Source: an uncultured virus (IMG/VR IMGVR_UViG_3300009169_000002)
Taxonomy: Duplodnaviria > Heunggongvirae > Uroviricota > Caudoviricetes
Direction: 5' to 3' (one strand)
Virus record (IMG/VR): IMGVR_UViG_3300009169_000002
DNA: 64,000 nt
The stretch's first letter is position 1. Each line of letters starts with the position of its first letter. Shown here piece after piece: positions 18,733-28,570 of this stretch. A program made the translations under genes and the position numbers. The notes beneath the pieces are model-generated. The model was not told where the DNA came from. It saw only the letters and a program-made list of their open reading frames with translations, and did not search any database.

Positions 18733-18846
18733 CCGTGCGTAGTGTGGCATGGGCCGCAATCAGGATCTCAAATCGATGCCAGCCATGGGGTGTAGGCTTC
18801 GAGTTTTCTCAAACTTGAACCATCCCCACTCAAAAGGAGTGCTATC

Positions 18847-19878
18847 ATGGCCGTTGGTGTCGTTCGTATTTCGGACATCGTTGTTCCGGAAATCTTTTCC
18901 CCGTACTCGCAGCAACTCACCGAAGAGAAGTCGCGTATCATCCAGTCCGGTGCGCTCACGCGCGACACGGCATTGGACAGTGCGCTCGCGGGTGGCGGCC
19001 TGACCTTCAATGAACCGTCGTTCAAGGATCTCGACAACGATGCCGAGAACGTGAGCACGGATGACCCGGGCACCTCCAGCTCGCCGAACAAGCTCGGCAC
19101 GCTGACGGAAATCCAGGTCCGCCTGTCGCGGAACAACTCGTGGTCGAGCATGGACCTCGCTGGCGACCTCGCCGGTGCGGACCCCATGAACGCGATCGCG
19201 ACCCGCGTCAGTGCGTACTGGACCCGCCGCCTCCAGGCTGCGTTCGTCGCAACGATGAAGGGCGTCTTCGCGGACAACGCTGCGGCCCCGACCGGGACCG
19301 AGCACGTTCAGGATGACATGACGCACGACATCTCGGGCGCTGGCTTCGTGGACGGCACGACCAACTTCAGCGCGGAGGCGTTCATCGACGCCACGCTGAC
19401 GATGGGCGACAGCATGGGCGACCTGTCGTTGATTCTGCTGCACTCGATCGTCTACGGTCGCATGCAGAAGAACAACCTGATCGACTTCATCCCGGACGCG
19501 CGCGGCGAGATCATGATCCCGACGTTCCTCGGCCGCGAAGTGGTCGTGGACGACGGTGTCCCGTTCAGCGGCGGCATCTTCGAGTCGTGGCTGTTCGGTC
19601 GCGGTGCGGTGCGCGGTGGCATGGGTTCGCCCAAGGTGCCGACCGAAGTGTACCGTGCGCCGGCTGCCGGTAACGGCTCGGGTCAGGACGTGCTGCACAA
19701 CCGCGTCGAGTGGTGCATGCATCCGGTCGGCCACAAGTACGCTGTGGCGAGCCCGGCTGCGGGTGGCCCGTCCAACGCGGCGACTGCGGGTAACCTCGCC
19801 CACGTCGACAGCTGGCAGCGTGTGTTCCCGGAACGCAAGCAGATCAAGATCGCGCGCCTCATCACGCGCGAGTTCTAG
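18847..19878 (+). CDS. major capsid protein
   Basis: ISDIVVPEIF.PY..; PTFLGREVVVDDG; RBS AAGGAG; high-expression codons. Confidence 0.92.
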   Translation: MAVGVVRISDIVVPEIFSPYSQQLTEEKSRIIQSGALTRDTALDSALAGGGLTFNEPSFKDLDNDAENVSTDDPGTSSSPNKLGTLTEIQVRLSRNNSWSSMDLAGDLAGADPMNAIATRVSAYWTRRLQAAFVATMKGVFADNAAAPTGTEHVQDDMTHDISGAGFVDGTTNFSAEAFIDATLTMGDSMGDLSLILLHSIVYGRMQKNNLIDFIPDARGEIMIPTFLGREVVVDDGVPFSGGIFESWLFGRGAVRGGMGSPKVPTEVYRAPAAGNGSGQDVLHNRVEWCMHPVGHKYAVASPAAGGPSNAATAGNLAHVDSWQRVFPERKQIKIARLITREF

Positions 19879-19896
19879 TCTGCGCTGACGACCCAA

Positions 19897-19931
19897 CCGA
19901 AGGGGGCAGCAATGTCGCTGCCCCCGTTCGG
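19897..19931 (+). terminator. hairpin after MCP
   Basis: GGGGGCAGC-aatgtc-GCTGCCCCC; weak U tract. Confidence 0.6.
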
Positions 19932-19953
19932 CTTGTAAACCTCGGAGAAGTAA

Positions 19954-20592
19954 ATGACCACTCCTGCCCAGATCAGCGCTGCACTTGTCAAGCTCGAAGT
20001 TGGAAACGACAACCATTGGACGGGCGACGGCCTGCCCCGACTCGAGACGGTGCGCTTGCTGGCAGGTGACCAGAACATCACGCGCGAGGCCCTTACCCTC
20101 GCGTCCCCCGGATTCTCGCGTGCAAGCGCTTACGCTGCCGCACAGGGTAACCCCTCACCAACCCCCGACCCCGCACCGATCGCAGCGCCTGCGACCCCTG
20201 CGGCGGTTACAGCCCCCGAAACAGGGGGCGACGAAGCTGCCCCCGACGAGGGTGCGGACGAGCTCGCTGCTGCCCAGGCTGTTCTCGCAGAATTGCGAAA
20301 AGTCAAGGCGGATGCGGACAGTGCTTACGCCGCGCAGGTTGCTGCGGTGGACTTGCTGATTCTTGCCCGGGAAAAGACCGGCGCAGCGCTGCAAAGCACC
20401 CCGCTGGCGATCCAGCAGTACCTCGCTGCACAGCGCGGCAACCTGCAAGCACGCGGCCAACAGATTATGAAAGCCCGTGCGTTCGAGAAGGAATCGGGCG
20501 TCAAGCTTGCAGACCTCGTTCCCAAGCGTGCGCCAATCGACGTTGCAATGGCGCGCAAGAACTCGCGCGGTTCCAGCCGCCCGGGCAGGTAA
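19954..20592 (+). CDS. hypothetical head-associated protein
   Basis: NDNHWTGDGLP; Ala/Pro linker. Confidence 0.7.
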   Translation: MTTPAQISAALVKLEVGNDNHWTGDGLPRLETVRLLAGDQNITREALTLASPGFSRASAYAAAQGNPSPTPDPAPIAAPATPAAVTAPETGGDEAAPDEGADELAAAQAVLAELRKVKADADSAYAAQVAAVDLLILAREKTGAALQSTPLAIQQYLAAQRGNLQARGQQIMKARAFEKESGVKLADLVPKRAPIDVAMARKNSRGSSRPGR

Positions 20593-20601
20593 GGAGTCGC
20601 A

Positions 20602-20943
20602 ATGACGCCTGCACAACTCCTCCAAGCGCAGCGCAAGCGGAAGGAACGTGCAGCCGTCTCAGCGTTTGCTTCGCTAATCGCTTCCCCCGCTGCGGACCAG
20701 TTCACGATGCGCGCTAGCGCGCGTGTCCGCTTGGTGTCGCTTGCCGGGTGCGCTGCCGGCACGACTGCTGCTGTCTTGACAGGGGCAACCGTCCGCACCA
20801 TTCAAACCCCACTGCTCACCGCAGGCGGGTCCGTGCGCTTGGACCAGATAGAGGTCGACACTGTGGTCAACCCCTCTGCTGGCTTCCGCGTCGACCTCGA
20901 CTGCGGTTACGGTGTCTGGCGTCCCATTGCAACGGGTGCGTGA
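20602..20943 (+). CDS. putative virion protein
   Basis: RBS TAAGGAG; in morphogenesis operon. Confidence 0.6.
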   Translation: MTPAQLLQAQRKRKERAAVSAFASLIASPAADQFTMRASARVRLVSLAGCAAGTTAAVLTGATVRTIQTPLLTAGGSVRLDQIEVDTVVNPSAGFRVDLDCGYGVWRPIATGA

Positions 20944-21440
20944 TGGCATTCACAGTTGAAGACGGCACAGGGTTAACCACAAGCAACGCGCTCATCGACG
21001 TTGCTTTTGCGGACGCTTACTTCGCGGACCGGGGCATCGCAGCTTGGACAGGTGACAATACAACCGTCAAGCAACCCGCGATCATCCGTGCCACGGACTA
21101 CCTGTGCAACCGCTTCACCTTCATTGGTGAGCTCTACAGCGAAGACCAAGCGCTCGCCTTCCCGCGGACGTACGACTACCTCGAAGCTCCCGAGATGCCT
21201 GTCAAGATGAAACAGGCGGTCGCGGAGTATGCGCTGCGTGCTTTGACGCAAACGCTTGCCCCGGACCCCGTTGTCTCGGACACGGGCGGACAGGTAATCG
21301 AGAAGCGCGAAAAGCTCGGACCGCTCGAGGAGCAAACGAGATACGCTGAAGGTGTTGCCAACGCAGTGCTTCGGCCTTACCCTGCTGCCGACATGCTTTT
21401 GCGGGGGCTTGTTGATAACACGCGCAGGGTGATCCGGTAA
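20943..21440 (+). CDS. head-tail adaptor (DnaT-like)
   Basis: VEDGTG..N..ADAYF..RATDYL..QALAFPR. Confidence 0.85.
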   Translation: MAFTVEDGTGLTTSNALIDVAFADAYFADRGIAAWTGDNTTVKQPAIIRATDYLCNRFTFIGELYSEDQALAFPRTYDYLEAPEMPVKMKQAVAEYALRALTQTLAPDPVVSDTGGQVIEKREKLGPLEEQTRYAEGVANAVLRPYPAADMLLRGLVDNTRRVIR

Positions 21441-21820
21441 TGGATTACGCAAGCGCAGCAGCGCTCGCGCAAAGGCTGATTGAAAAGAACGGTCGACTGA
21501 CGAGCTTTGAACGGCTTGAGTCTGCCGTAGCGGATGTCGACAAACCGTGGAAGGGTGCAGGCTCTCCCTCGGTTGCGGAAACGGTTGAACAACGTGCGGT
21601 CTTCCTGCCCCATTCGGGCGTGGATGATCTTGGCAAGTACCTTGCTGACGACGAGTTGCTGAGACGGTGTGAACAGGTGCTAATGACCTTCGTGGGAACA
21701 GCAGACCTCACAACCTTCCAGCGTGTGCTCGACAGCGGTACAGCTTGGAAGATTAACTGGACGAGGGAGTTGAAGCCTGGTCCGACGAGCTTGCTGTACG
21801 TGATGGGAGTGAGCAGGTGA
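21440..21820 (+). CDS. head closure protein
   Basis: Synteny; A.RLIEKNGR. Confidence 0.7.
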   Translation: MDYASAAALAQRLIEKNGRLTSFERLESAVADVDKPWKGAGSPSVAETVEQRAVFLPHSGVDDLGKYLADDELLRRCEQVLMTFVGTADLTTFQRVLDSGTAWKINWTRELKPGPTSLLYVMGVSR

Positions 21821-22218
21821 CGTTTGATGAAGCACGCGACGCGATGCTCGCAGCCTTCAAGGCTGCATGGGATCCTCGCGTAGCGCTTTATGCAGACGTC
21901 CCCGGCGAGCCGCCTACCGACTCGGTAGTGTGGGCTCGGGTTAAGGTGTTGCACGCTGTAGGGCGGCAGGGGTCGCTTACAGGTGGGCTCGGGACCGTTA
22001 AGTACGAGCGCCAAGGAATTTTGTGGATACAGGTCTTTTCTCCTGTTGGTGACGGGAACAAGGCCGGATACGATGCCGCGCAGTGTTTGGTGAATGCTTA
22101 CCAAGCTGCACGGGGTAGCATCTGGTATCGGAACATCCGTATGGACGAGATGGGCACCGATGGCGCCTTCGAACGGTTCGACGTCAAAGCGGATTTCGAA
22201 TACACAGATGTGAGGTGA
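21817..22218 (+). CDS. tail terminator
   Basis: Synteny; G.LWIQVFSP.G.G. Confidence 0.75.
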   Translation: MTFDEARDAMLAAFKAAWDPRVALYADVPGEPPTDSVVWARVKVLHAVGRQGSLTGGLGTVKYERQGILWIQVFSPVGDGNKAGYDAAQCLVNAYQAARGSIWYRNIRMDEMGTDGAFERFDVKADFEYTDVR

Positions 22219-22221
22219 TTT

Positions 22222-23739
22222 ATGGCTGACAAAATTGATAGCAATGTCACCGGACTGCGGTTCGCCGAGGAGTCGTCCCTCAAGACGCTTCCGGGCTCCC
22301 CTGTCTGGTATCCGCTGGAGCCGAACAGCTACAGCGATTTCGGTGGACAGCTCGCGACCATCGCGCGCAATCCCATCAACCCGTCGCGCCAGCGCAAGAA
22401 GGGCGTCATTACCGACCTCGATGCGAGCGGTGGGTTCAATCAGGACTTGACGTTCAACAACACGACCCGCCTCATGCAGGGTTTCTTCTTCGCAGCGATG
22501 CGCGAGAAGTTCACGACGCAGACGCTGAACTCAGCTGCTGTGGTCATGACCTCCATCACCGCAGCGAACGACGACTACACCGCAGCGTCCGGTCTGCTCG
22601 GGTTGGTCTCCGGTGACCTGCTGTTCGCGGAAGGCTTCGGCGTTGCAGCGAACAACGGTCTCAAGACTTGCAACCTGACGTCAACCGCAAACGCTCTTAG
22701 TGTCAGCGACTCGTTGGCGGACGAAGCTTCCCCTCCGGCAGCAGCGAAAGTCACCCTCGTGGGTCGCCAGTTCGCGTCTGGGGATCTCAGCATCGTGATG
22801 AACGGTACGCTGGCCCGGCTGACCAGTCTGGCAGTGACCATGACCACACTGCCGCTCATCGTGGGCGAGTGGGTGTTCGTCGGCGGTGACCTTGCCGGTG
22901 AACAGTTCGCGCTCAATGCGCCGGGCTTCGCACGCATCAAAACCATCGCCGCCACGTACATCGAGTTCGACAAGACGACGTGGGCGCCGGTTGCTGACGC
23001 GGGTGCAGCGAAGACGATCCGCCTGTTCTACGGCTCGGTCCTGAAGAACGAGAGCGACCCGAACCTCATCGTCCGCCGCACGTACAACGTGGAGCGCACG
23101 TTGGGCCTCGACGCCAACGGCACGATGTCGGAATACCTCGTGGGTGCAGTACCCAACGAGCTGACCATCAACATCGCCCAGGCGGACAAGGTGACGATGG
23201 ACCTGTCGTTCGTGGCCTGCGACAACGAGCAGCGCACCGGGCTCACGGGTGTGAAGAGCGGCACGCGCCCCACACTCGTCGCTCAGGACGCTTACAATAC
23301 GAGCAGCGACTTCGCCCGTATTAAGCTGGCAACCGTCAGCGACGATACGGACATTGCCCCGCTGTTCGCGTTCGCGACCGAAGTCACGCTCACCATCAAT
23401 AACAACGTGTCGCCCAACAAGGCGGTCGGTGTGTTGGGTGCGTTCGACACGAGCGCGGGAACGTTCGAAGTGGGCGGCGCGATCGAAGCGTACTTCGCCA
23501 GCATTGACGCAGTGCAGGCCGTGCGGAACAACAGCGACATCACCCTCGACATCATTTTGTCGAAGGGTAACAAGGGGCTCATCCTCGATGTGCCGTTGCT
23601 GTCGCTCGGTGACGGTCGACTGAACGTCGAGCAGGACCAGGCGATCAAGCTGCCCCTCGAGAACATGGCAGCGGAGTCGAGCTTCGGCCATACGCTGCTG
23701 TTCCAGAGCTTCCCGTACTTGCCGACTGTCGCCGCGTGA
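22222..23739 (+). CDS. major tail tube protein
   Basis: 505 aa; IDSNVTGLRFAEE..LEPNSYSDFGG; upstream of chaperones. Confidence 0.88.
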   Translation: MADKIDSNVTGLRFAEESSLKTLPGSPVWYPLEPNSYSDFGGQLATIARNPINPSRQRKKGVITDLDASGGFNQDLTFNNTTRLMQGFFFAAMREKFTTQTLNSAAVVMTSITAANDDYTAASGLLGLVSGDLLFAEGFGVAANNGLKTCNLTSTANALSVSDSLADEASPPAAAKVTLVGRQFASGDLSIVMNGTLARLTSLAVTMTTLPLIVGEWVFVGGDLAGEQFALNAPGFARIKTIAATYIEFDKTTWAPVADAGAAKTIRLFYGSVLKNESDPNLIVRRTYNVERTLGLDANGTMSEYLVGAVPNELTINIAQADKVTMDLSFVACDNEQRTGLTGVKSGTRPTLVAQDAYNTSSDFARIKLATVSDDTDIAPLFAFATEVTLTINNNVSPNKAVGVLGAFDTSAGTFEVGGAIEAYFASIDAVQAVRNNSDITLDIILSKGNKGLILDVPLLSLGDGRLNVEQDQAIKLPLENMAAESSFGHTLLFQSFPYLPTVAA

Positions 23740-23800
23740 TGGTAGTGTGCGGGGTGAGTTGAACCTCACCCCGCATACCCTATCAACACAAGGTGACAGC

Positions 23801-24244
23801 ATGAGCCTTTTCAAACAGTTCGAAACCGATCCCACGCTCGAGAAATCGGGCATCATTGCGGATTACGGTCCGAACAAGGACTTGCCGGTTAACGAGCAAG
23901 GCGAGCACCCTTCGATTCAGTTTCGCCTCGCACGCGCCGGTGGCGCCAACGAGACGTACACGAAGCGCTTGGAGGTGCTGGCGAAGAAGCACCGTCGCGC
24001 AATCCAGAACGACATGATCGAGACTGCGGTGCTTATGAGCATGACGCAGCAAGCGTTCGTGGACACTGTGCTCCTCGGATGGGACAACGTAACCGATCGT
24101 GATGGCAAGCTGCTCCCGTTCACGCGGGAAAACGCCACTGCACTGTTTAAGCAACTCCCCGACCTGTTCAACGATTTGCAGGAGCAGTCGAACAAGGCTG
24201 CGCTGTTCCGCGTTGAGCTACGGGAAGCCGACGCGGGAAACTGA
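23801..24244 (+). CDS. tail assembly chaperone (G-like)
   Basis: Ends in slippery G GGA AAC TGA. Confidence 0.85.
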   Translation: MSLFKQFETDPTLEKSGIIADYGPNKDLPVNEQGEHPSIQFRLARAGGANETYTKRLEVLAKKHRRAIQNDMIETAVLMSMTQQAFVDTVLLGWDNVTDRDGKLLPFTRENATALFKQLPDLFNDLQEQSNKAALFRVELREADAGN

Positions 24245-24579
24245 AAACGGTCCTTCTGTACTTCCTTGAACAGGGGCCGACTGAGAAGGCAATTATCCAA
24301 GCGTGCATGCGGGACAGGCAACCCCTCCCCGCACGCATTGCAAACGCACCAGATATCTGGCTCGGCTTGGAGATGTATTACAGCGCGTTCCTGGACCTGA
24401 CAACGTGTAGGCCGCAGGGGATGACGGAAGGACCGATCAGCTGGATGACGATTGCAGAGTATGCGGACCGGAAGGAACTAAGAGGGGCGCAGCGCGAAGA
24501 CCTGTTTTATTTTATAGCTCATCTCGACGCAGTGTACTTGGATCACAAGACTAAGAAGCTCGAGGCGAAAACGAAATGA
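24235..24579 (+). CDS. tail chaperone T part, via -1 frameshift at GGGAAAC 24235-24241
   Basis: -1 frame open from slippery site into MRDRQPLP.. ending 24579. Confidence 0.8.
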   Translation, partial: GKLKTVLLYFLEQGPTEKAIIQACMRDRQPLPARIANAPDIWLGLEMYYSAFLDLTTCRPQGMTEGPISWMTIAEYADRKELRGAQREDLFYFIAHLDAVYLDHKTKKLEAKTK

Positions 24580-24587
24580 GGTGAACG

Positions 24588-25037
24588 GTGGCCAGTGCCC
24601 CGGAGTTTGCGAGACGGATGAAAAAGGTTGGTGAGCGTATCGAAAGGAACGCTGACCGCCTGGTGCGTAAGTGCGCGCTCGCTGTGGATGCCACCGTCGT
24701 TCTCGCAACCCCTGTTGACACTGGTCGCGCCCGTTCAAACTGGCAGGTCGAGCTCAACGGTCCCAACCTAAGCACGCGCGAGCCCTACGTGCCGGGCAGC
24801 AAGCGCAGCACCGAGGGTGAGAACTCCCGTGCTGCGTTGGACCAAGGCAAGGCCGTTGTGGCGCAGTACAAAGGAGGGGTAAACGCCTCCATCCACATCA
24901 CGAACAACCTGTCTTATATCGGCAAGCTCAACGAGGGATTCTCTGCGCAAGCCCCTTCCGGCTTCGTGGAGAAGGCGGTGATGGTTGGTGTTCGCGTTGT
25001 CAAAAATGCTAGGGTTACGAGGACCGTCGGACCATGA
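24588..25037 (+). CDS. HK97 gp10-like tail completion protein
   Basis: TPVDTGRARSNW..NNLSYI..LNEG.S.QAP.GFV. Confidence 0.88.
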   Translation: MASAPEFARRMKKVGERIERNADRLVRKCALAVDATVVLATPVDTGRARSNWQVELNGPNLSTREPYVPGSKRSTEGENSRAALDQGKAVVAQYKGGVNASIHITNNLSYIGKLNEGFSAQAPSGFVEKAVMVGVRVVKNARVTRTVGP

Positions 25038-28000
25038 CTGTTGAACGCATTGACATTCAAATCCGTGAAGACGGTTCCCGTGTGGTCAAGCGCAATATCG
25101 AGTCCATCGGTACAACCGCGAAAGCTTCTGCTACAGGCGTGAACATACTGAAGAGCGCCCTGCTAGGCCTGGGTTCGCTGCTCGCTCTCAACGAATTGCG
25201 CAAGTATGCGGACGCATGGTCAGCCGTCAACGGCATGGTGCGCGTCGCCACCGCTAGCACGCAAGAAGCCACTGCTGTCATGGACGAACTTTTCAAAGTT
25301 TCCCAGAAGACGAGGCAAGGCGTCGTTGACATGGTCGAGCTCTACAGTCGCCTCGCGATTGCAGGCAGGGAAGTGGGCGCCTCGCAAGCAGACCTTATCA
25401 AGTTCACGGAAAACATCGGCAAGACACTAGCCTTCAGCAATAGAACAACGGATCAAGCACGCGGCGCACTGCTGCAACTTGGCCAAGCAGTTGGCGGAGT
25501 CCTAGTACGGGCAGAAGAATTCAACTCTATCCTTGAAGGTGCTCCCGCGATCTTACAAATCGCTGCTAACAACATTGACGAGGCGGGTGGCAGCATTATC
25601 CGTCTGCGACAAATTATGATTCAGGAAAGGTTGACTTCAAAGATGTTCTTTGAAGCAATCATGGCGGGTACGGACGAGATCAATGCAAAGTTCTCCAAGT
25701 CAGCTTTCACGATCGGACAGTCGTTCATCATCATCCGAAACGCATTCACGAAATGGATTGGTGAAGCGGATGCTGCAATAGGTATCAGCAACGCAATCGG
25801 AAAAGCTGCGCGGTACATTTCCGACAACATGAGCGACCTGCTGGATACCATCGTCAGGTTGACCAAGACCGTGGCCGTTGCTGCGGTAGCGTATGGAGCC
25901 TTCTTGCTGGCAATGAAGGTCAACGCCATTGTCGAATCTGCGAAAGCATTCCTTGGGCTTACCGCAGCAGTCGCCTCGGGCAATGTGGTCATGCTTGGAA
26001 GTGCAGCAGCGAACAGCCAGAAAGCGATCGCGGTGCTAGCGTCTGCTGAAGCGGACCGTGCTGCGGTTATCGCTGCGACGCTGAAGGCTGACGCAGAAGG
26101 AGCGGGGATTATCCTGACGACTCGGGCAGCGGTTGCTAACGCTGCCGCCGCAGCGGACCGCATCCGATGGTCGCAGGCGCAGCTTGTGTCCGAGCGCGAG
26201 TTGGAAATCGTCCGCATGAAGGCCCAGATAAGCGACATCGGTCGCATGCAGTCCGCCACGCGGCTTGCGGGTATCCGCACGTCCGAACTGGCGATGACCA
26301 AGCTGCTGACCACAGCGGAAGCGGAGCTCACTGCGGCGAAGGCTGCCGCAAGCGCTGCAAGCTCAGCACAGCTTGCTAGGGCAACGCAGCAGTCGGCAGC
26401 GCTAGCAGCAGCGGGTGCCAACGTTGCAGCGGCACAGGCTGCGGTAGCGACCACAGGGGCAGCGGCAGCGGGTACGACTACCGTGTTCGGGCAAGCCATG
26501 CTGTTCCTGCGCAATATGTTGAACTCGGTCTACACACGGGTTGTCGCCCTGTTCGTCTTGATTAACGCGCACCCATTCGTCGCGCTAGCAACCGCAATCA
26601 TTGCCACGATTGGTGTGCTTGTGGTATGGGGCGACAAGCTGAACGCTGGCGTTGACGACCTGACCACAATGAAGGACGTTGCGCTTGCGGTGTGGGAGCA
26701 GATACGGGCAGGCTTGCTTGGGCTGTACGGAATCCTGAACGACGTGTTCGGAGGCATCCTGTCGGTCATTGGTAACGTGCTGACGACCATTACAGCCGTC
26801 ACCGCCGAACAGATTAAGGCGTGGCTGTCCTACTTCGACGGGTTCTACGACGGGGTTGGCAAAGGCTTTGCAGGGGTTGCCCGGAGCGTAGCACGCACCA
26901 TGGACGCGATCGCAGGGTTGCTGACAGGCCTGGGCATCGGTGTGGTCAGAGCGTTTGCAGGCATCCCGGGCGCGATCAGCGAAATGTTCAAGCGCACATA
27001 CAACGTCGTCATCGGCATTGTGGAGAAGCTTGTCAACGTTGTGGTTGACGGTGTCAACGTCATGCGTGACGCGGTAGGCATGTCGCTCATCGAGGTTGTG
27101 CAATTCGAGCGCATGGAAGTCGACAAAACGTTCTTCGAGGACTACGGCAAGAACATTGCTAACTCCATCAACGACGGGTTCACGCAGCAGGGTGGCTTCC
27201 TCGAGGGTTGGGTTGACGGTGTGCTGAAGCGTGCGCAAGAGATTGCGCGTGACCGTGCGCCGCTGGAAGACATTAAAGTCGACCTCAACCGCAAGCCGCT
27301 TCCGCTGCCCCCGTTGGCAGGAAAGCCCGACCCGAACGCGGACAAAGCGCTTCGCCGCCTCAAGGAATCACTGCAAAGCCTGCTGAACCAGATTGCACCG
27401 ATCGAAGGGGCAATGATGGAGATGGCAGCCGCAGTTGAAACTCTGGACGCGGCGCGCAGGAAGGGGCTCATCACCGCTGAGCAGGAGGGTCGTTACCTCG
27501 AGCTCCTCAGTCGTTATTACATGGACATCCTGAACCCACTCGGCGCAATGAACCGCGAGATCGACCAACAGACTGCGCTGTTAGGCATGAGCGCTGCTGC
27601 GCGCGAGGTCGAGGGGCAGGTGCTCGAGGCGACGAAGGAGTTGCTGAAACAAGGTATCATGCTGACCAAGGAAGAGACGCAAGCGCTGCGCGACAAGCTC
27701 ACAACGCTGCAAGAGCTCAACCGCATCACGCAGGTCCAGGACGAGATACTTGCCAACAGCGTAGGCGCCCGGCAAGCGTACATCGACCAGTTGACCGCGA
27801 TCAACAAGCTGCTGGCGGAGGGGCAAATCACGAAGGGTGACGCCACTGCGCAAATGATGCAGAGCACTCCGGAACTGTTCGAGGGTACGCAGGAAGCAAT
27901 CGACCTCCAGATTGAACGCTTCCGGTATATGTACGAGCAGATCGACCTCATGCGGCAAAAGGATTTGATTAGCGACGCAACCGCTGAGCAGATGCGCGCG

Positions 28001-28564
28001 AAGGTGGCGAATCAGCAGTGGGAGGAGCGGACCAAGAACTTCCAGTCGTTCTTCGGTAACATGGCGTCCCTGATGAAGTCGGGCAACAGCAAGCTCTTCA
28101 AGATAGGCCAAGCTGCCGCTCTTGCGCAAGCTAGCATCGACGCAGCGAGTGCAATTATGAAGGCATACAGCAGCGCGCCGTACCCGTACAATATCGCGCT
28201 GGCGGCTGCGCAAGCGGCTGCGAGTGCGGTACAGATTGCCCAGATAGCGGGTGCGACGCCTGGGTTCCAAACGGGTGGCGAGTTCAAGGTTGGTGGCTCG
28301 GGTGGTGCTGATAGCCAGATGGTCGCGTTCCGTGCAACCCCGGGCGAGAAGGTTGCAGTGAGCACACCGCAGCAGCAGCGCAAGGGTGATCCGAACAGTG
28401 GTGGAGCTTCGAACCAGAAAATCGAGTTCAAGCCGCAGATCATTAACGTGCGTGACCCGAAGGAAATCCCGAATGCAATCGAGAGTGGCGAAGGGCAGCA
28501 GTCCATCCTCAACGTGATCGGGTACAACATGAACGTCATCCGCGAGATGCTGAAATCAGGTTAA
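25034..28564 (+). CDS. tape measure protein
   Basis: 1176 aa helical, Ala-rich; LLQLGQA..RAEEFNSILE. Confidence 0.95.
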   Translation: MTVERIDIQIREDGSRVVKRNIESIGTTAKASATGVNILKSALLGLGSLLALNELRKYADAWSAVNGMVRVATASTQEATAVMDELFKVSQKTRQGVVDMVELYSRLAIAGREVGASQADLIKFTENIGKTLAFSNRTTDQARGALLQLGQAVGGVLVRAEEFNSILEGAPAILQIAANNIDEAGGSIIRLRQIMIQERLTSKMFFEAIMAGTDEINAKFSKSAFTIGQSFIIIRNAFTKWIGEADAAIGISNAIGKAARYISDNMSDLLDTIVRLTKTVAVAAVAYGAFLLAMKVNAIVESAKAFLGLTAAVASGNVVMLGSAAANSQKAIAVLASAEADRAAVIAATLKADAEGAGIILTTRAAVANAAAAADRIRWSQAQLVSERELEIVRMKAQISDIGRMQSATRLAGIRTSELAMTKLLTTAEAELTAAKAAASAASSAQLARATQQSAALAAAGANVAAAQAAVATTGAAAAGTTTVFGQAMLFLRNMLNSVYTRVVALFVLINAHPFVALATAIIATIGVLVVWGDKLNAGVDDLTTMKDVALAVWEQIRAGLLGLYGILNDVFGGILSVIGNVLTTITAVTAEQIKAWLSYFDGFYDGVGKGFAGVARSVARTMDAIAGLLTGLGIGVVRAFAGIPGAISEMFKRTYNVVIGIVEKLVNVVVDGVNVMRDAVGMSLIEVVQFERMEVDKTFFEDYGKNIANSINDGFTQQGGFLEGWVDGVLKRAQEIARDRAPLEDIKVDLNRKPLPLPPLAGKPDPNADKALRRLKESLQSLLNQIAPIEGAMMEMAAAVETLDAARRKGLITAEQEGRYLELLSRYYMDILNPLGAMNREIDQQTALLGMSAAAREVEGQVLEATKELLKQGIMLTKEETQALRDKLTTLQELNRITQVQDEILANSVGARQAYIDQLTAINKLLAEGQITKGDATAQMMQSTPELFEGTQEAIDLQIERFRYMYEQIDLMRQKDLISDATAEQMRAKVANQQWEERTKNFQSFFGNMASLMKSGNSKLFKIGQAAALAQASIDAASAIMKAYSSAPYPYNIALAAAQAAASAVQIAQIAGATPGFQTGGEFKVGGSGGADSQMVAFRATPGEKVAVSTPQQQRKGDPNSGGASNQKIEFKPQIINVRDPKEIPNAIESGEGQQSILNVIGYNMNVIREMLKSG

Positions 28565-28570
28565 CCACAC

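Noticed and set aside
18760..20016. Long antisense ORFs (also 3372-4592, 9173-10315, 22681-23856, 50275-51210)
   Set aside because: Shadow frames of GC3-rich genes; no recognisable domains
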